A stretch of 64,000 nucleotides of DNA, taken from NCBI RefSeq assembly GCF_006345805.1, contig NC_042999.1:31186001-31250000 (forward strand), in the 5' to 3' direction. The notes under the pieces are model-generated. The model saw only the letters and a program-made list of their open reading frames with translations. It was not told the origin of the DNA and ran no database searches. The position numbers and the translations under genes were made by a program. The DNA comes from Octopus sinensis. Lineage: Eukaryota. The stretch's first letter is position 1. Every line of letters begins with the position of its first letter. Positions 1-13,478 of this stretch are shown piece after piece.

Positions 1-262
1 GCCAAGAGAAAAAGATGTTTTATAAACACATTCTACAACTATACGAAGTTTAAAATTTTTTAGTTACCTAGAAATTATGTTAAAAACTGCCGTTCAAACC
101 GAAAAGATCCGAATATTTTACAAATAAAATTAACCCAATTAAATGATTAATTTTTAGGGGGTGCGGGGATTATATTCATCGCCCTCTTTTGGTCAGCCCC
201 AATCTTGATCTTTCCGCCGCCTTCAGTGGTGGGGGCAGTATTGCCTACTTTGAAAATCGATG
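1..262. mobile_element. Right end of a non-autonomous hAT-like DNA element (runs off the window)
   Basis: The terminus reverse-complements to CATCGATTTTCAAAGTAGG, similar to CAGxGxTTyTCAAAGTG hAT/Charlie TIRs. The partner end is not visible. Confidence 0.35.
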
Positions 263-2031
263 TCTTAAACAACGTCACAAACAGTGACGAACGACGCGTA
301 CCGTAAGAGATTCCAGGTATAGTCCAGTTTACGGTTAATCACTGCAAGTAGTTAGAAGCATTAATGTTCGCTTAGAGTGAGCAACCCCGGTGTAATTATT
401 CTGGTGGATAAATCTGGGTTCGCTTCGCTGGATTATGAATATTTTCGGGAGTGCAAATTCGAAAAAAATAACAAAGAATACGAAGGCTGTTATATAAAGA
501 TGCATAGCCGAATACTTTGGGTTGTGTATACAACCCACAATATCCTGCTATGCATCTTCATACAGTGTCTTTTCACAAGCTTGATCCGAACCAATCAATA
601 CACACGCACACACACACAACATAGACTCACTATATATATATATATACTCGGATAAACAAGATGATTATGTGATTCAAGCTGAAAGGAATTCATAGGCTCT
701 CATATTTAGGGTTAATGATAAACTAATCAACAGTTACAGTGTCATTATCCTATTTTAGTATTTAGAAAATAAAAATAAATGACCGTCACAAATGATACAA
801 AGCACAAATTGATATATGTACTATCCCATCAAAATATAAGTGTTGGTTACATATTTTCCAAAGCACCAAACCTGCCATTCATATTTATATGTTATATTAT
901 ACATCTTCATACATAAACTATCATGGATTCAATGGAATATCTTGGCCAGTTAGTGTTTATTTAGCGATATTATTTCTGGTATTCCTTCATGGACCTAGGA
1001 CGTGTCTTCCAGTGAAGTCCATGTATTATTTAAGCGGTTCAATGTATTTTCAAATTGATTCAAACATCATTTTTCGTCCTCCATTAATTTAGTAATAAAT
1101 AGAAAGTGAATTGATAATTTAAATGGAATTAATTTAGGTGTCTTGTTTTATATTTGTTCATTGCTTGACGAATTTCATGTGTAGAAACTGTGCTGAAGTA
1201 TGTTACATACATACACACACACTTAGGCAGAGTTTGAACACAGAATATATAGAACCGGGACATATAATGCAAAACATTTATTCTGTCATTCTGTCAGTCG
1301 AAAAGACTAGTCTGATATATTATTTATCCACTATGAACGTAAGACAAATTTGTCCTCAGTACGATTTGAACGACGACTGCAAAGAACTGCAAGAAACAAC
1401 ACAATGTTTTAATAATTCAGTCTTTTGGTCTCCTATCCCTTTCCTGACTCATTTATTATAAAATTAAAAACGATGGATTGGCAAAAATCTTTGCTCATTA
1501 GTTTAAAGTGATTGTTGCCTGTATCGATTTAAAATCGCGCTGCATCCAGCAGCATATTTTAATAATTCGCAGCAGAAAACGTGACAAACGAATGTATTCA
1601 GCAGCTGATAGTGTTCACTCTTCCCCCTTTGTAATAACATGTAACCTCCCACCATTTCGCCCGTATTCTCTTCCTCCTCTTGAAGATATTCTCACCTGGT
1701 TATTTAATATATTGTTGGCGATGGTCAACTAACCTTTGGTTAATCTATTTTGGATAAATTGAATTCGAACGAAAGTGTTCTAGCTATAAATAGCATTAAA
1801 ATTCAATTATTGTACGTTTCAAGTCATCCTTCTTGTTTTGACGTCGTTATTGCTATATGCTACAATCATAGAGCTGCAGCTATGCTGGGTTGCCGCCTCG
1901 AAGGTTTTAGTCCACCAAATGCAATGGCGTGCTTACTTATTAGGGCTTAGTACTTAATCTATGCTAAGTTACGTAAACAGAAGCATCTATAATTGTCCAG
2001 TATTGGGCGAGACGGTATGGAACAAATATAA

Positions 2032-2262
2032 GGCGGCGAGCTGGCAGAATCGTTAGCACGCCGGGCGAAATGCGTAGCCGTATTTCGTCTGTCGTTACGC
2101 TCTGAGTTCAAATTCCGTTGAGGTCGACTTTGCCTTTCATCCTTTCGGAGTCGATAAATTAAGTACCAGTTAGGCACTGGAGTCGATGTAATCAACTTAA
2201 TCCGTTTGTCTGTCCTTGTTTATCCTCTCTGTTTTTAGCCGCTTGTGGGTAGTAAGGAAGTA
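2032..2262 (+). mobile_element. tRNA-derived SINE family A, full length
   Basis: Head ggcggcgagctggcagaatcg, B box gagttcaaattc, core gcctttcatcctttcggagtcgataaattaagtaccag (resembles the Meta-type SINE core). 18-bp TSD at 2014-2031 and 2263-2280 (16/18). Confidence 0.9.
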
Positions 2263-2309
2263 GGTATGGAACGAATACAAAGGAGTGCGCGCACTCACAA
2301 ACCCTTATG

Positions 2310-2377
<68 letters not shown>

Positions 2378-2380
<3 letters not shown>

Positions 2381-2540
2381 TGACGAACTTCCACGCTGGT
2401 TCTGTCAAAGAAATTAATTCATAAGGCTCTAATCTTCCCGGAGCCATAGGAGAAGGCAATTGACCATACTGATGAACGGTGGAACTGAATGTAAAACCAC
2501 ATGGTTGCGAAGTAAACTTCTTAACTACACAGTTGTACCT
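2378..2540 (-). mobile_element. Decayed family B 5' half
   Basis: aaccacatggttgcgaagtaaacttcttaactacacag. Confidence 0.55.
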
Positions 2541-2909
2541 CGTAATTTTTATTCATGGTGTCTTTAAAAGAATTATGGGGAAACCATAAAAAGGAGCGGT
2601 TTGCTCAACATCAAGGATGATGGAGATGAATTGGGTAAGATGGAGAGTGGAGGATGTGCTTCTTGCAGTGCTCCTATGAACCCACTTAATTTTTATTCAT
2701 CGACTGGCTTATCTGAAGGAAATTTGACCTTTAATTTTATCAGGTTCAGTAGTCACGCGGCGACTCCATTTTTGAGAATTATTGAGGCTATTGTTGATTG
2801 ATATAACCTATCTGCCTAACGTGAGACAAGCAGTTAGCATAACAGTATCATACTTGGACCTGCTTGGCTTCAGTAGATTGCGAGTGAAGAAAGAAAGCAA
2901 CTTAACTAT

Positions 2910-3292
2910 TTCTAGCACTCCGTCGGTTACGACGACGAGGGTTCCGGTTGATCCGAATCAACGGAACAGCCTGCTCGTGAAATTAACATGTAAGTGGCTG
3001 AGCACTCCACAGACACGTGTACCCTTAACGTAGTTCTCGGGGATATTCAGCGTGACACAGAGAGTGACAAGGCCGGCCCTTGAAATACAGGTACAACAGA
3101 AACAGGAAGTAAGAGTGAGAGAAAGTTGTGGTGAAAGAGTACAGCAGGGATCACCACCATCCCCTGCTGGAACCTCGTGGAGCTTTTAGGTGTTTTCGCT
3201 CAATAAACACTCACAACGCCCGGTCTGGGAATCGAAACCGCGATCCTATGACCGAGAGTCCGCTGCCCTAACCATTGGGCCATTGCGCCTCC
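2910..3292 (-). mobile_element. tRNA-derived SINE family C, full length
   Basis: Head ggaggcgcaatggcccaatggttagggcagcggact, B box ggtttcgattccc. Perfect 13-bp TSD gcaacttaactat at 2897-2909 and 3293-3305. Confidence 0.92.
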
Positions 3293-3508
3293 GCAACTTA
3301 ACTATAAGCAGTCATCATATGTCATCTCATTCAGAGGAAGCAGGTGTCAAGAATTAATAAACTGATTCTGTATTAATCTAAGAAATGAAAATTGTTGAAT
3401 AAGAGATATAAGAAAACCATATTAGACTTTTAATTGGAAACTATATTTCAAATGGAATCACCAGTGACATGTTTATGGTAATTAATATAGATTTCTAATA
3501 AAGAAATG

Positions 3509-3615
3509 AGAAGAAGAAGAAGAAGAAGAAGAAGAAGAAGAAGAAGAAGAAGAAGAAGACGACGACGACGACGACGAAGATGATGATGATGATGATGATG
3601 ACGATGATGATAATA
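3509..3615. repeat. Compound (GAA)n(GAC)n(GAT)n microsatellite
   Basis: Read directly. Confidence 0.95.
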
Positions 3616-4184
3616 ATTATGATACTGTTGTAATTGCTGCTGTTGTTTGCTTGCTGCTTCTACTGCTACTGATGATAAAATTTGCGATCGATTTTAAATG
3701 GAGGTAATAATGACAATGATGACGGAAAGATTATGCTGATAGTGATGACAGTGAGGCGTTTTATTAATGTTGCTGATGTGGTAGTTTATCCCAATGTCTA
3801 TCTCGATTCAGCAGACCACATCTAATAAATTGAATTCCAACCATGACCATCTCTTCTTTCTGTCTGCCGGATAATAATATACATTGTGTCTTTTCTCAAG
3901 GCAGCAACATAGTAGTTCTTAAACTGAAGTGAAAATTGATTATCCTTGCGGGTTTCAGTGGTGATCCTTTTTCTCAGATCACCTTATTTTTGTATTGTTC
4001 CATGTAATCATTGCACCTGAAGTCTCATAGCTGCCAGGTGGGTGCACCACAGGTCTTAAAAATTATAATTTCAGTATTTTGAAAGTCCATAATAACGTTT
4101 TAGTACCTTGAAAATCATGTTATACATAACAGAAGTAAAATATAATTATACGCATGTCATAATGGTTAATGTGTTTCATTCATG

Positions 4185-4420
4185 GTCCTTAGTCATTCAA
4201 CCTCTGGAGCGAGAGGTCAGCACCTTGTACCATAGAAGAGGGTACTTTATTCCAACGATAGGTGAGGACCAAATGGGTGCTGATGCAACTCATTTTCACC
4301 TTCCAGTTGACCCGTCCTGGCCATGTCACTAGATCATGAGGCAAAAAGGGTGTGCAAGTCTGTACACGATTACACACACGCCAAAAACAATTAGAAAAAG
4401 TGTATTACAATATACCGAGA
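4185..4420 (+). mobile_element. Possible decayed LINE (L2/CR1-like) 3' ORF2 end
   Basis: IQPLEREVSTL resembles LQPLxHRRxVSxL; weak. Confidence 0.3.
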
Positions 4421-4877
4421 TAAACTCACCCTCGAGTTTTTTGTTTGGTTTGGTTTGGTTGTTTTCTGTTTATACAATACACCAATATGATTATAAAAGA
4501 AGTATTAGTTTTCTATTAATTGCTTCTGAACTTTTAGATTTAAAGCAGTTTTTCTCTTTTTTCTGTGTAGAGTGTTCCAGTCAATTTTTATTGATCTCCA
4601 CTATACAAGAAAATCAAAAACCAAATGGTAAACACTGCAGTAAGATGTTTTGAAGGAGAATAAGCAGTTACTTTGATTAGGCGGAGAGACACCGTTTAGC
4701 AACCCACGACGGCTGGATGGTCCGATGGGGTCATGATGATCATGATGATAATCATGACATTAAGGTGATTTAATAGTGACATTGCTTATGATGACGATGA
4801 TCATAATAATGAAGATGATGGTAAATAATTATGGTAGTGCTGGTGGAGATGAAGGGAATGTTACCGGCGTTTTAGTA

Positions 4878-5075
4878 TCAATTTCAGACATAATAAAAAA
4901 AAAAGCTTGAAATTTGGAAGCGGGGTTGTCGGTTATATCGGCGTCGATTCTTCATTGGTATTATACTTTATTGACCTTGAAAGGATGAATTGTGCAGGTG
5001 ACCTTAGAAGGATTTGAACTCAGGGCGTAACGATCACTAACTAACCACGTTAATACATTTTGTCCGACTATATAA
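4878..5075 (-). mobile_element. Old family A-related SINE
   Basis: Decayed core ttattgaccttgaaaggatgaa...ggatttgaactcag. Confidence 0.55.
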
Positions 5076-8000
5076 AGAGTTTTCAATCCTTTGTCTTGAC
5101 GCTAACAGTAATATTACACACTGTCTAAATTAACAGAAATGTTTCATTAGTGGTTTCTTACGCTAGATTATAATTACGCAGTCACTATGTAGCTACTCTC
5201 TTAGTTTCACGTAATGAATGCCACACACGTTTTTCGACAACGAATTTTCTTTTACACATATGCATACATTCGAGATACTGGTCAGGTCGAGCCTGGGTGC
5301 CTCTGAATGATAAACCCTGAATGGTTGAAAGCTGAAACTGCAGCAAGATCCGAGCTTGTTTAAATATTCATAAATGCTTTTTCCGCTCTTCTATTGTTTT
5401 GAATTAAAATCGTGGGGCTGTGAAACAAAACTTCTCAAGCTTACATCTGAATCTTGATTACGACTGTCATGCAACCGAATCCTTTATATTCAAGAATAGG
5501 AGATGCCGAAGTTTGCTGAATAAGAATGGAAAGGAAACATGTACCCTCCTTTATGTACTTTCCTATTACATTTTATTATCGAAAAACTCATGCTAACTAC
5601 CATGTCTTTCTATCGGTTAATATAGTGTAATATTTCAACTTCAAAGAAAGGGGAAATCAGTTTACGGCAGCGATGTAGAGGCACAACACACAACTCCAGT
5701 GAAGAGATAGAAGAACGAAGTATATGAAAGAACAAAGGATTCCTAAGGAATTCACCCTCTCAGTCACAGCAAGAGTAGTTTGTATCAAATATTTGTTAAC
5801 AAATCGTTTAAACCTATTCACAGATGTAGTGAATAGAACAACTAGTTAATGGATCTAAATTGCTAACACCAGGATATTTCCACATTACTAAAGTCTTCTT
5901 CCCGCTGCCGGAGGCAATGATTACACGGAACAACATAGAAATAATAGTGATCTGAGAATAAGATTGCCATTGAATCTCGCGGAGATATTCAACTGCCATA
6001 ATATGCAAAGTGAATATTTTACTCTCAAGAGTTAACTCACGTTTACAGCATACACGCACACACGCATCGACACACACGCGTCTACACACACACACTTGCA
6101 CACATGCACGCATATACACTTACACACAATCACATACATACTCTAACAAGCACACGCACAAAGCTACAACATACATTCATATAACCATTGTTGCACAAAT
6201 TGCATTCAGTGTTTAGACATGTCACACTTCTCTCCATTGTATTTGTGCAGCTAATAGAAAATCAGAACTACTTCAATATCACAGTCAAATGATTGATTTC
6301 AGAAATGGACATTATGCCGAAAAAAATTCTACTTGTCGTAACAATTCATGCAAAAGAGATGTCTTAATCTGAATAATCTTTCCACTCATAATAGAGACAA
6401 AAAAATAGAAAACAAAAGTTACAAAACATACAACACATCGCAAAAAGAAAACAATAGATGAAAAAAAAATTAACTTCTTGGAAAGTTGTTTATTTTTTAA
6501 GATTTGTTTTTGTATACTTAATACTATTTTGGATATTATGGAAAAATGAATAAAAAATATATTTGCATCAAAACATAAGAATTAGAATTTAATTTTCAAA
6601 ACTGAAATAACAAGTTCGAAAATACAGTAATATTAAAATTTGTCTCACATATATAAGGTTACACATTCCGTTATATCTCGGTTGAATGCTTTAGCTCACA
6701 CTCGCACTTTCTTCATCATTCTTTGGACGAAGCAGTGTATTAATTTATTTATACTTTTAATAAGTATCTCTAGTGATGCGAGGTTAAGAAGCTCTCAATC
6801 ACGTGTTTATTGGCTCAAATCTGCTACACGATAAATTTGAAAAGATACTATTACTGTAGTCTGGTCGTAACCATACCATTGTGATTGATATTGCGTAGAC
6901 GGATTTGTTGAAAAATCCCACCCGGTTGATGATATTTAGCCTTGTTTGTCTGAAAAAAAATTACAGTCCCTTCTTGCAAAAATATTTATTCATTACTTGT
7001 CGTTAGTGGTGACGCCTAGAGCAGTTAAATACCACTAACATGCATTTGAATGCTTTTAAAAGATTCCACTCTGATGCAAGTATTTGCAAGAGGTTTCCGC
7101 TTTGCTCAATACATCTGCCCTCGGGTCGTCTTACGTGGCATTGTACACATTTCTCATCAGTCTGGATATAGATCACCCTCTTTTTCGAGAGTAAGTATTC
7201 AGTTCTATTAATTGCGTTTTCTGACCATTGAATAAACGTGTCAGCATCGATTATTGACCAGTGAGATGTAATTTTAACGTGACCATGATTTAATGTAATC
7301 ATGCCTCAAAATGTGTAACAAGTCGGTGCAACTGAAATATAGGTATCAGTGTTGTTTTTACAAACAGGGTATCGATCGAGTCATAGTCACAAGTCTAAGT
7401 AGAAAGTGTGGACAAAATCACAGCTAACACAATAAAAAAATTGCCAACCAAAAATATATTTGACCGAGTACAGTGAATAGTAAATAACATATTTTCAGAT
7501 TTTAGTATTAGTCTTGGTTAGTACAGAACTGTGAGAGATTCATTAGTTATAGATGTGAGAGGCTTAGTTGAAATGTTGCATCCAACAGAGCATTTGTTAC
7601 TGCAAGTTTTGTTGTGAAGGCATTATAGAAAAGAGACAAAACAAATGTGAAAGGGAATCAATTGTAGGCGTATATAGATGTACATTAAAATAAGATAAGG
7701 ATAGAATGCTTATGGAGAGGAAAGTAAAAATAGAAAATAAAATATTTCAGTGCAGGACATGGACGGTACGTAAGAAATAGGAAAATAGATAGACGAAATG
7801 AAACAGGAGACAGGAAGAGAATATGGGACATCAGAAGGGAAGTAGGCAGGAAATAAAAAATGCATACGGTACTGAAGAGAAGATATTTCTTAAAATATGA
7901 GTTAGGTTGTACTGCACTTTAGGATGGCTGCTAAATGCGTGAGCCGAAACTCATGCCCCACCCCACCACATTAATTTTGACATTAGTTGGGAAATATAAT

Positions 8001-8084
8001 GTAAGATGTACCTTTTAAACAATGGTATTGGTAGAATCATCATAAAAGCACATAAACATCTCTCTCTACTTATATAGGTCTCTC

Positions 8085-8174
8085 TCTATATATATATGCA
8101 TGTATATATACATATAGATGTAGGTATGTATATATATGTATGCATGTATGCATATGTTTTATTTGTTAAATTGT

Positions 8175-8223
<49 letters not shown>

Positions 8224-8523
8224 CATACATACATATATATATATACATACATACATATATATATATATACATACATACATATATATATATACATACATAC
8301 ATATATATATACACACACACACACATATATATATACATATAAATATATACACATATGTATTTATATATATATATATTCATATATACATATATATATTTAT
8401 ATATATCACTATATATAGTATATACATATATATAGTATATACGCAGTGAAGCTATACAATAGCGTCAATTTATTACGATTGATATTTTCCAGTAAATATT
8501 GGTGCCTTGTACCATTTATCTAC

Positions 8524-8579
<56 letters not shown>

Positions 8580-8660
8580 ATGTATGTGTGTGTGTATTTA
8601 CATATAGTCATATATAAATGTATTTATGTATACATATATATATATATATTTATATATAAA
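8085..8660. repeat. Complex (TA)n/(TACA)n microsatellite field
   Basis: Read directly. Confidence 0.95.
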
Positions 8661-8893
8661 TTTATTGGTGATTTGCTGATATGCCGAGAGAGAGAGCTAG
8701 CGCACAATCGTATACATACAAACATATACATACATGTACACACAAACACAATCACAAAAACGTAACAAGAGAGGGTTGCAGACAGACAGACAGACAGTAA
8801 GTGTGATAGAGTCCCCAATGAAGTTTCACCTCTCTCTCTCTCTTCCTACCTGTTGTTTTTCCACTGACTGGAATTGTTTTTTTCTCTCGGTAG

Positions 8894-9134
8894 TTGCTGC
8901 TGCGAAGGAAGTAGTATGGAAGACGAGAGAGAAAGGAATTGCAACAGGCATGTTCATCTCCAGTCTCGAGATAATCGACTTTTTCGTTTTCCACATGAAA
9001 CTGAAAATAAGGCTGGAGAAGAAATGCCTGACGCAAAGTGTGTTCGTAAAAGATGGAAGTCAATAGCAAGTATGTTGCGAGTGAAAGAACCTGTTTAAAC
9101 GAGAATATAAAAAGGAGAAAGCAAAGTCTTCAGT
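8894..9134 (+). CDS. Candidate 5' exon of an unidentified plus-strand gene
   Basis: Preceded by a 97-nt intron-like segment: GTAAGT 8797, CTGAC branch 8864-8868, poly-pyrimidine, TAG 8893. ATG 8916 and ATG 9053 both have A at -3 and G at +4. Donors GTATGT 9070 and GTGAGT 9135. No homology recognised. Confidence 0.4.
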
Positions 9135-9819
9135 GTGAGTATGTGGTTTGTGGGGTCGACCGCGCCCTCCGCTTCATTTTTTGTAAATCACTCCTCCTCG
9201 TTTAGTTGTATATATTTTAATTGTTTGTTTATTCATACGTTTCGTCTCATTCGATACCCTGACCCCAATGTTTGTTTTGTCTGTCCTCGTATCGTCCCCT
9301 CTTTTTCTCAACCTCATGCTTAATAAAGAAACTGCCTGGGATTGTTTTAGTTGTCTTCAAATGTGTGCCTCTCTCACTCCCTCTTTCTCTTTCACTTCCA
9401 TTGTGTTCCTAATCTCTCCCGCTTCTGATTTAGCAATGTGTGTATGTAACTATGTATCTACTTTTACAATGAACGCCGTCACCACTCACTGTCTCTTTCA
9501 CTCTCTCTCTCTTTCTCACTCACTTCTTCTGTCTTTCTCACTGTCTTTCTTTCTCTCTTAGGTCCTCTCTGAAACATTTAAAAAGACAAAACGAATGCCG
9601 TCGCCACTCAATATATCTTTCACTCTTTCTGTGTCTCTCTCACCCTCTCTTTCTATCTCCCTTTCTCTCTTACTTCCTCTCTGTCCACCTCTGTCTCGTT
9701 TTGCCATTTTGAAGTGTGATAAACACCACAGGTATGTACAAAAACAAAAAGTTAGCGCATTAATATTATTCCTAACAATTGGTTAATAAGTGGATTGAAC
9801 AGAATATACATTAATACAT

Positions 9820-10367
9820 CACTTAACGAGGACCCACTTTACGACGACACAGGTTTACGAAAGTCATTTCTCAAGTGCAATTCAAAGTTTTGAACGAAAT
9901 GCAGAAGTTTCTATTACCATAACAAATTCTTCTGTGTTAATGAGAAATTTACCGATAGCGAGAAAAAGCTTCTAAGTAAACAATTCTAGACTTGTTTTTT
10001 GATAGAAAACCTACAGGTCCGACTACGGTTCTTGTCAATCGGCCATCGCATCGACAAGTGATGGTGTGTGCATGCCTTCTGCGAGTGAAAATAATTTAGA
10101 AAACGATAATAGTAACATACATTATTATAAATCATCTCGACATTTTTTTTTTTACTTTACATCAAATATTATTTACATTCTACCGTTGTGTTATTGCCAT
10201 TTATTTACGAGTATTATAAATTATAAATATAGGCAAAAAATTCTTCTGGGAACGAATTACAATTTATAGCATTACCACCATGGGAAATTGTTGCCTCGGT
10301 TTACGAATTTCGCTTACGGGCGATCTCCGTGAAAAAAAACTAACTCGTATATCAAAGCATTGCTGTA
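9820..10367. mobile_element. Possible Tigger/pogo-like remnant
   Basis: The right end reverse-complements to TA-CAGCAATGCTTTGATATACGAGT, with repeated TTTACGA subterminal motifs. The left TIR is not matched. Confidence 0.3.
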
Positions 10368-10464
10368 TACACGTACACATAATAGCAGTTCACACAACAG
10401 CACGCATGCGTGCGCACTTTTACTTACTTAATAACACACGCCTCTCTGTCTGTCTGTCTGTCTC

Positions 10465-10529
<65 letters not shown>

Positions 10530-10627
10530 ATCAATATAGGGTGGCAAAAAATTTTGTAGAATTTTTTTTTTGCCACCAGCGGCCTAGTGGGAAAAAATTA
10601 AATAGTCATAGACCATTTTTAAGTTCA

Positions 10628-11056
10628 ACATCACAATCAAGGAACGGCCATAATAGGCCATTCACCCACTAGAAATAACAGCCAAAGCTTCAACCGCAAA
10701 ATAACATTAATTCCGTAAACCAGGAGAAAATTAAAAAACATTTACCCTGTAATTTCTTATACGATGCACCGTTTCATCTACTGTTTAATGGTAAACTAAC
10801 CTGATTAAATTAAATCAAGCCAATCTTCCATAGGCCCTTAGAATCACGATTCTAAGGGCATATGGAAGATTGGCTTGATTTAATTTAATCAGGTTAGTTT
10901 ACAATTAAACAGTAGATGAAACGGTGCATCGTATAAGAAATTACAGGGTAATGTTTTTTAATTTTCTCCTGGTTTACGGAATTAATGTTATTTTGCGGTT
11001 GAAGCTTGGCTGTTATTTCTAGTGGTGAATGGCCTATTATGGCCGTTCCTTGATTG

Positions 11057-11062
<6 letters not shown>
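10628..11062. repeat. 435-bp near-perfect palindrome (fold-back or MITE-like)
   Basis: Arms of about 217 bp around a 2-nt centre (10846-10847); 2 mismatches and 3 single-base indels. Confidence 0.95.
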
Positions 11063-11100
<38 letters not shown>

Positions 11101-11722
11101 ATATATATATATATAACATACATACTGACAAGGATACAAAATGGTGACTTATTGTGTGTGATAGTGTTGTGTTATATGGCTCAGTGAGCTTAGTTGCTGT
11201 TCGTTACTTCATGATTCCAAATAATGGCAACGCCAGTCATATTAATCATAAAAGATCAACACGATGAACACAAACTTCAATCTGGTATTCAAACGTTATC
11301 GATGTCCATACATTCTTCACAAATTTGAAGACTGTAGATAAGATAGAACGCGTTTAAAATACTTATTAAACGAGCAGATATTGTTGTTGGTTCAACCAAG
11401 TGCCTTCTACCATAGCTTATGACCAATATAGCGTGTAATCTGCGGTAGGGTAAAATAAAGCTAGTAATGCTTTGCGGCAGAGAGAAACTAAAGGATTTAC
11501 TTTAAAATATTGCGAGTACTTCTCCTGACAGAGTAGTAAATGTATAAAGAGAAGAAAATGAGAATGCACTAGGAATATTTAAAAGTTTTCAACTCAATAG
11601 CCATATTCAGGTCTCTGTATCACGCCCGAGTTACAAAATCACATAACTGGGGAGACCAGCTGAAGCATATTTAAACAAATTTACTTAAAATATAAAAGTA
11701 CATTTAAAATTATATATATATA

Positions 11723-12014
11723 CGTCGCCCTTTCCAAGCCTAGCCAGGCTCATGGACCCGGTTTCCCGGTTTCTGTGGCGTATGTGTTCCCCAGCTTGAC
11801 GGGACGCCAGTTTATCGTAGCGTTACTCAAAAAACAGGAAGAGAGAGTGAGAGAAAGTTGTGGCGAAAGAGTACAACAGGGATCGCGACCACCCCATGCC
11901 GGGGCGTCGTGGAGCTTTTAGATATTTTCGCTCAATAAACACACACAACGCCCGGTCTGGGAATCGAAACCGCGATTCTCCGACTAAGAGTCCGCTGCCT
12001 TAACCACCGGGCCA
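11723..12014 (-). mobile_element. SINE with family C head and body but a different 3' tail
   Basis: Matches 3100-3285 from the head to aaacaggaag; the tail is unrelated. Confidence 0.88.
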
Positions 12015-12029
12015 CTTCATTTATTTTTA

Positions 12030-12515
12030 TTTTCCTTTTACTCTTGTTGCCCAACCATTTGCCATAAACTGGCATGGACACCGGATGTCACCGGCTTACA
12101 CTAAAATGATAACACACACCAACACACATGCACAAACATATGTATATGCATACATGGCATGTCTCTTTTAACTTTCATCTACTAAATTCACTTACCAGGT
12201 TTTAGTTATCTCAGAATGTTAACTCCCGAAGGCTCCACGCAGTGGGATTGAAGGCGGAATCATTCGATTGGGTGGCATGGTTCCTTATTTCTTTATTACT
12301 CACAAGGGGCTAAACATCGAGGGGACACACAAGGACGGACAAAAGGATTAAGTCGATTAGATCGACACCAGTATGAAAGGCAAAGTCGACCTCGACGGAA
12401 TTTGAACGTAACTGCAAACGAAATAACACTAAGCATTTCGTCCGGCGTGCTAACGATTCTGCCAGCTCGCCGCCTTCCATGGGTGGCATGGTTTCTTACC
12501 ATACATCCACTCTCG
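12030..12515 (-). mobile_element. Decayed family B copy hosting a family A insertion
   Basis: ctccacgcagtgggattgaa ... [family A] ... tcttaccatacatccactc. Confidence 0.55.
12288..12476 (-). mobile_element. SINE family A with internal deletion, nested in a family B copy
   Basis: Reverse complement of family A. 19-bp TSD at 12269-12287 and 12480-12498 (18/19). Confidence 0.9.
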
Positions 12516-12638
12516 CACCTACACACACGCACACACACACATACACATACACATTCTTCAGAATTTAAAATATGTCACAAACATTATTTAACTAACTTAA
12601 CCTAAAGTTCGTTTCTTACGAATCACACTGATGCTTTT

Positions 12639-12675
<37 letters not shown>

Positions 12676-13069
12676 GTGTATGTGCATGAAAATATAGATT
12701 GGGATGCATGGTATTTCTGCTACAGGAATACACATCACAACAGAGAAAGAATGAAGAAGATGGCGAGAGAGTTGCACATAAATAATAATGTATAGAACGT
12801 AGTTCTACAAAAATCATTAGTTTTAAAACAACAATGTTTGAATTTATCCCTATAAGCATCAAACAGCTAAACAAATCACGAAATCCAAATGTCACATTAT
12901 AGACTCCTCAAATGAACTCCATCCAGACGTGTGTCGTCTCAGAATAACATCTTAGTTTCCAGAAACAATGGAAGAAATAGCCCACATCCTGTAACATTGA
13001 ACTGATGCAATTAGGATTGACATTGCAGCGGCTACGACGGTTTAAAATTTATTTCAGATCTCTGAGTGA

Positions 13070-13180
13070 TGTATGCATGTATGTATCTATGTATGTGTGT
13101 ATGCATAAATGTGTGTGTATATGTACACCTATGTTTGCATGTATATATATGTACATATATGTATGTATATGTGTATATAT

Positions 13181-13246
<66 letters not shown>

Positions 13247-13441
13247 CAACATCTATATAAGTATATATTTATATGAAAATATATATATGTGTGTGTATAT
13301 ATATATATGCATATATATGCACTTATATATGCATATATATAGATACATATATGTATATATACATGTATATATGGATGTATATATACATACACACATATAT
13401 ATATATATATTACATGTATGCATATATATGTATACATATAC

Positions 13442-13478
<37 letters not shown>

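Noticed and set aside
5312-5345. cctgaatggttgaaagctgaaac as an HHR remnant
   Set aside because: Core incomplete and no stem I or stem III pairing.
6849-7478. Possible TIR pair tactgtagtctggtc / gaccgagtacagtg
   Set aside because: The match is too short and imperfect, with no TSD.
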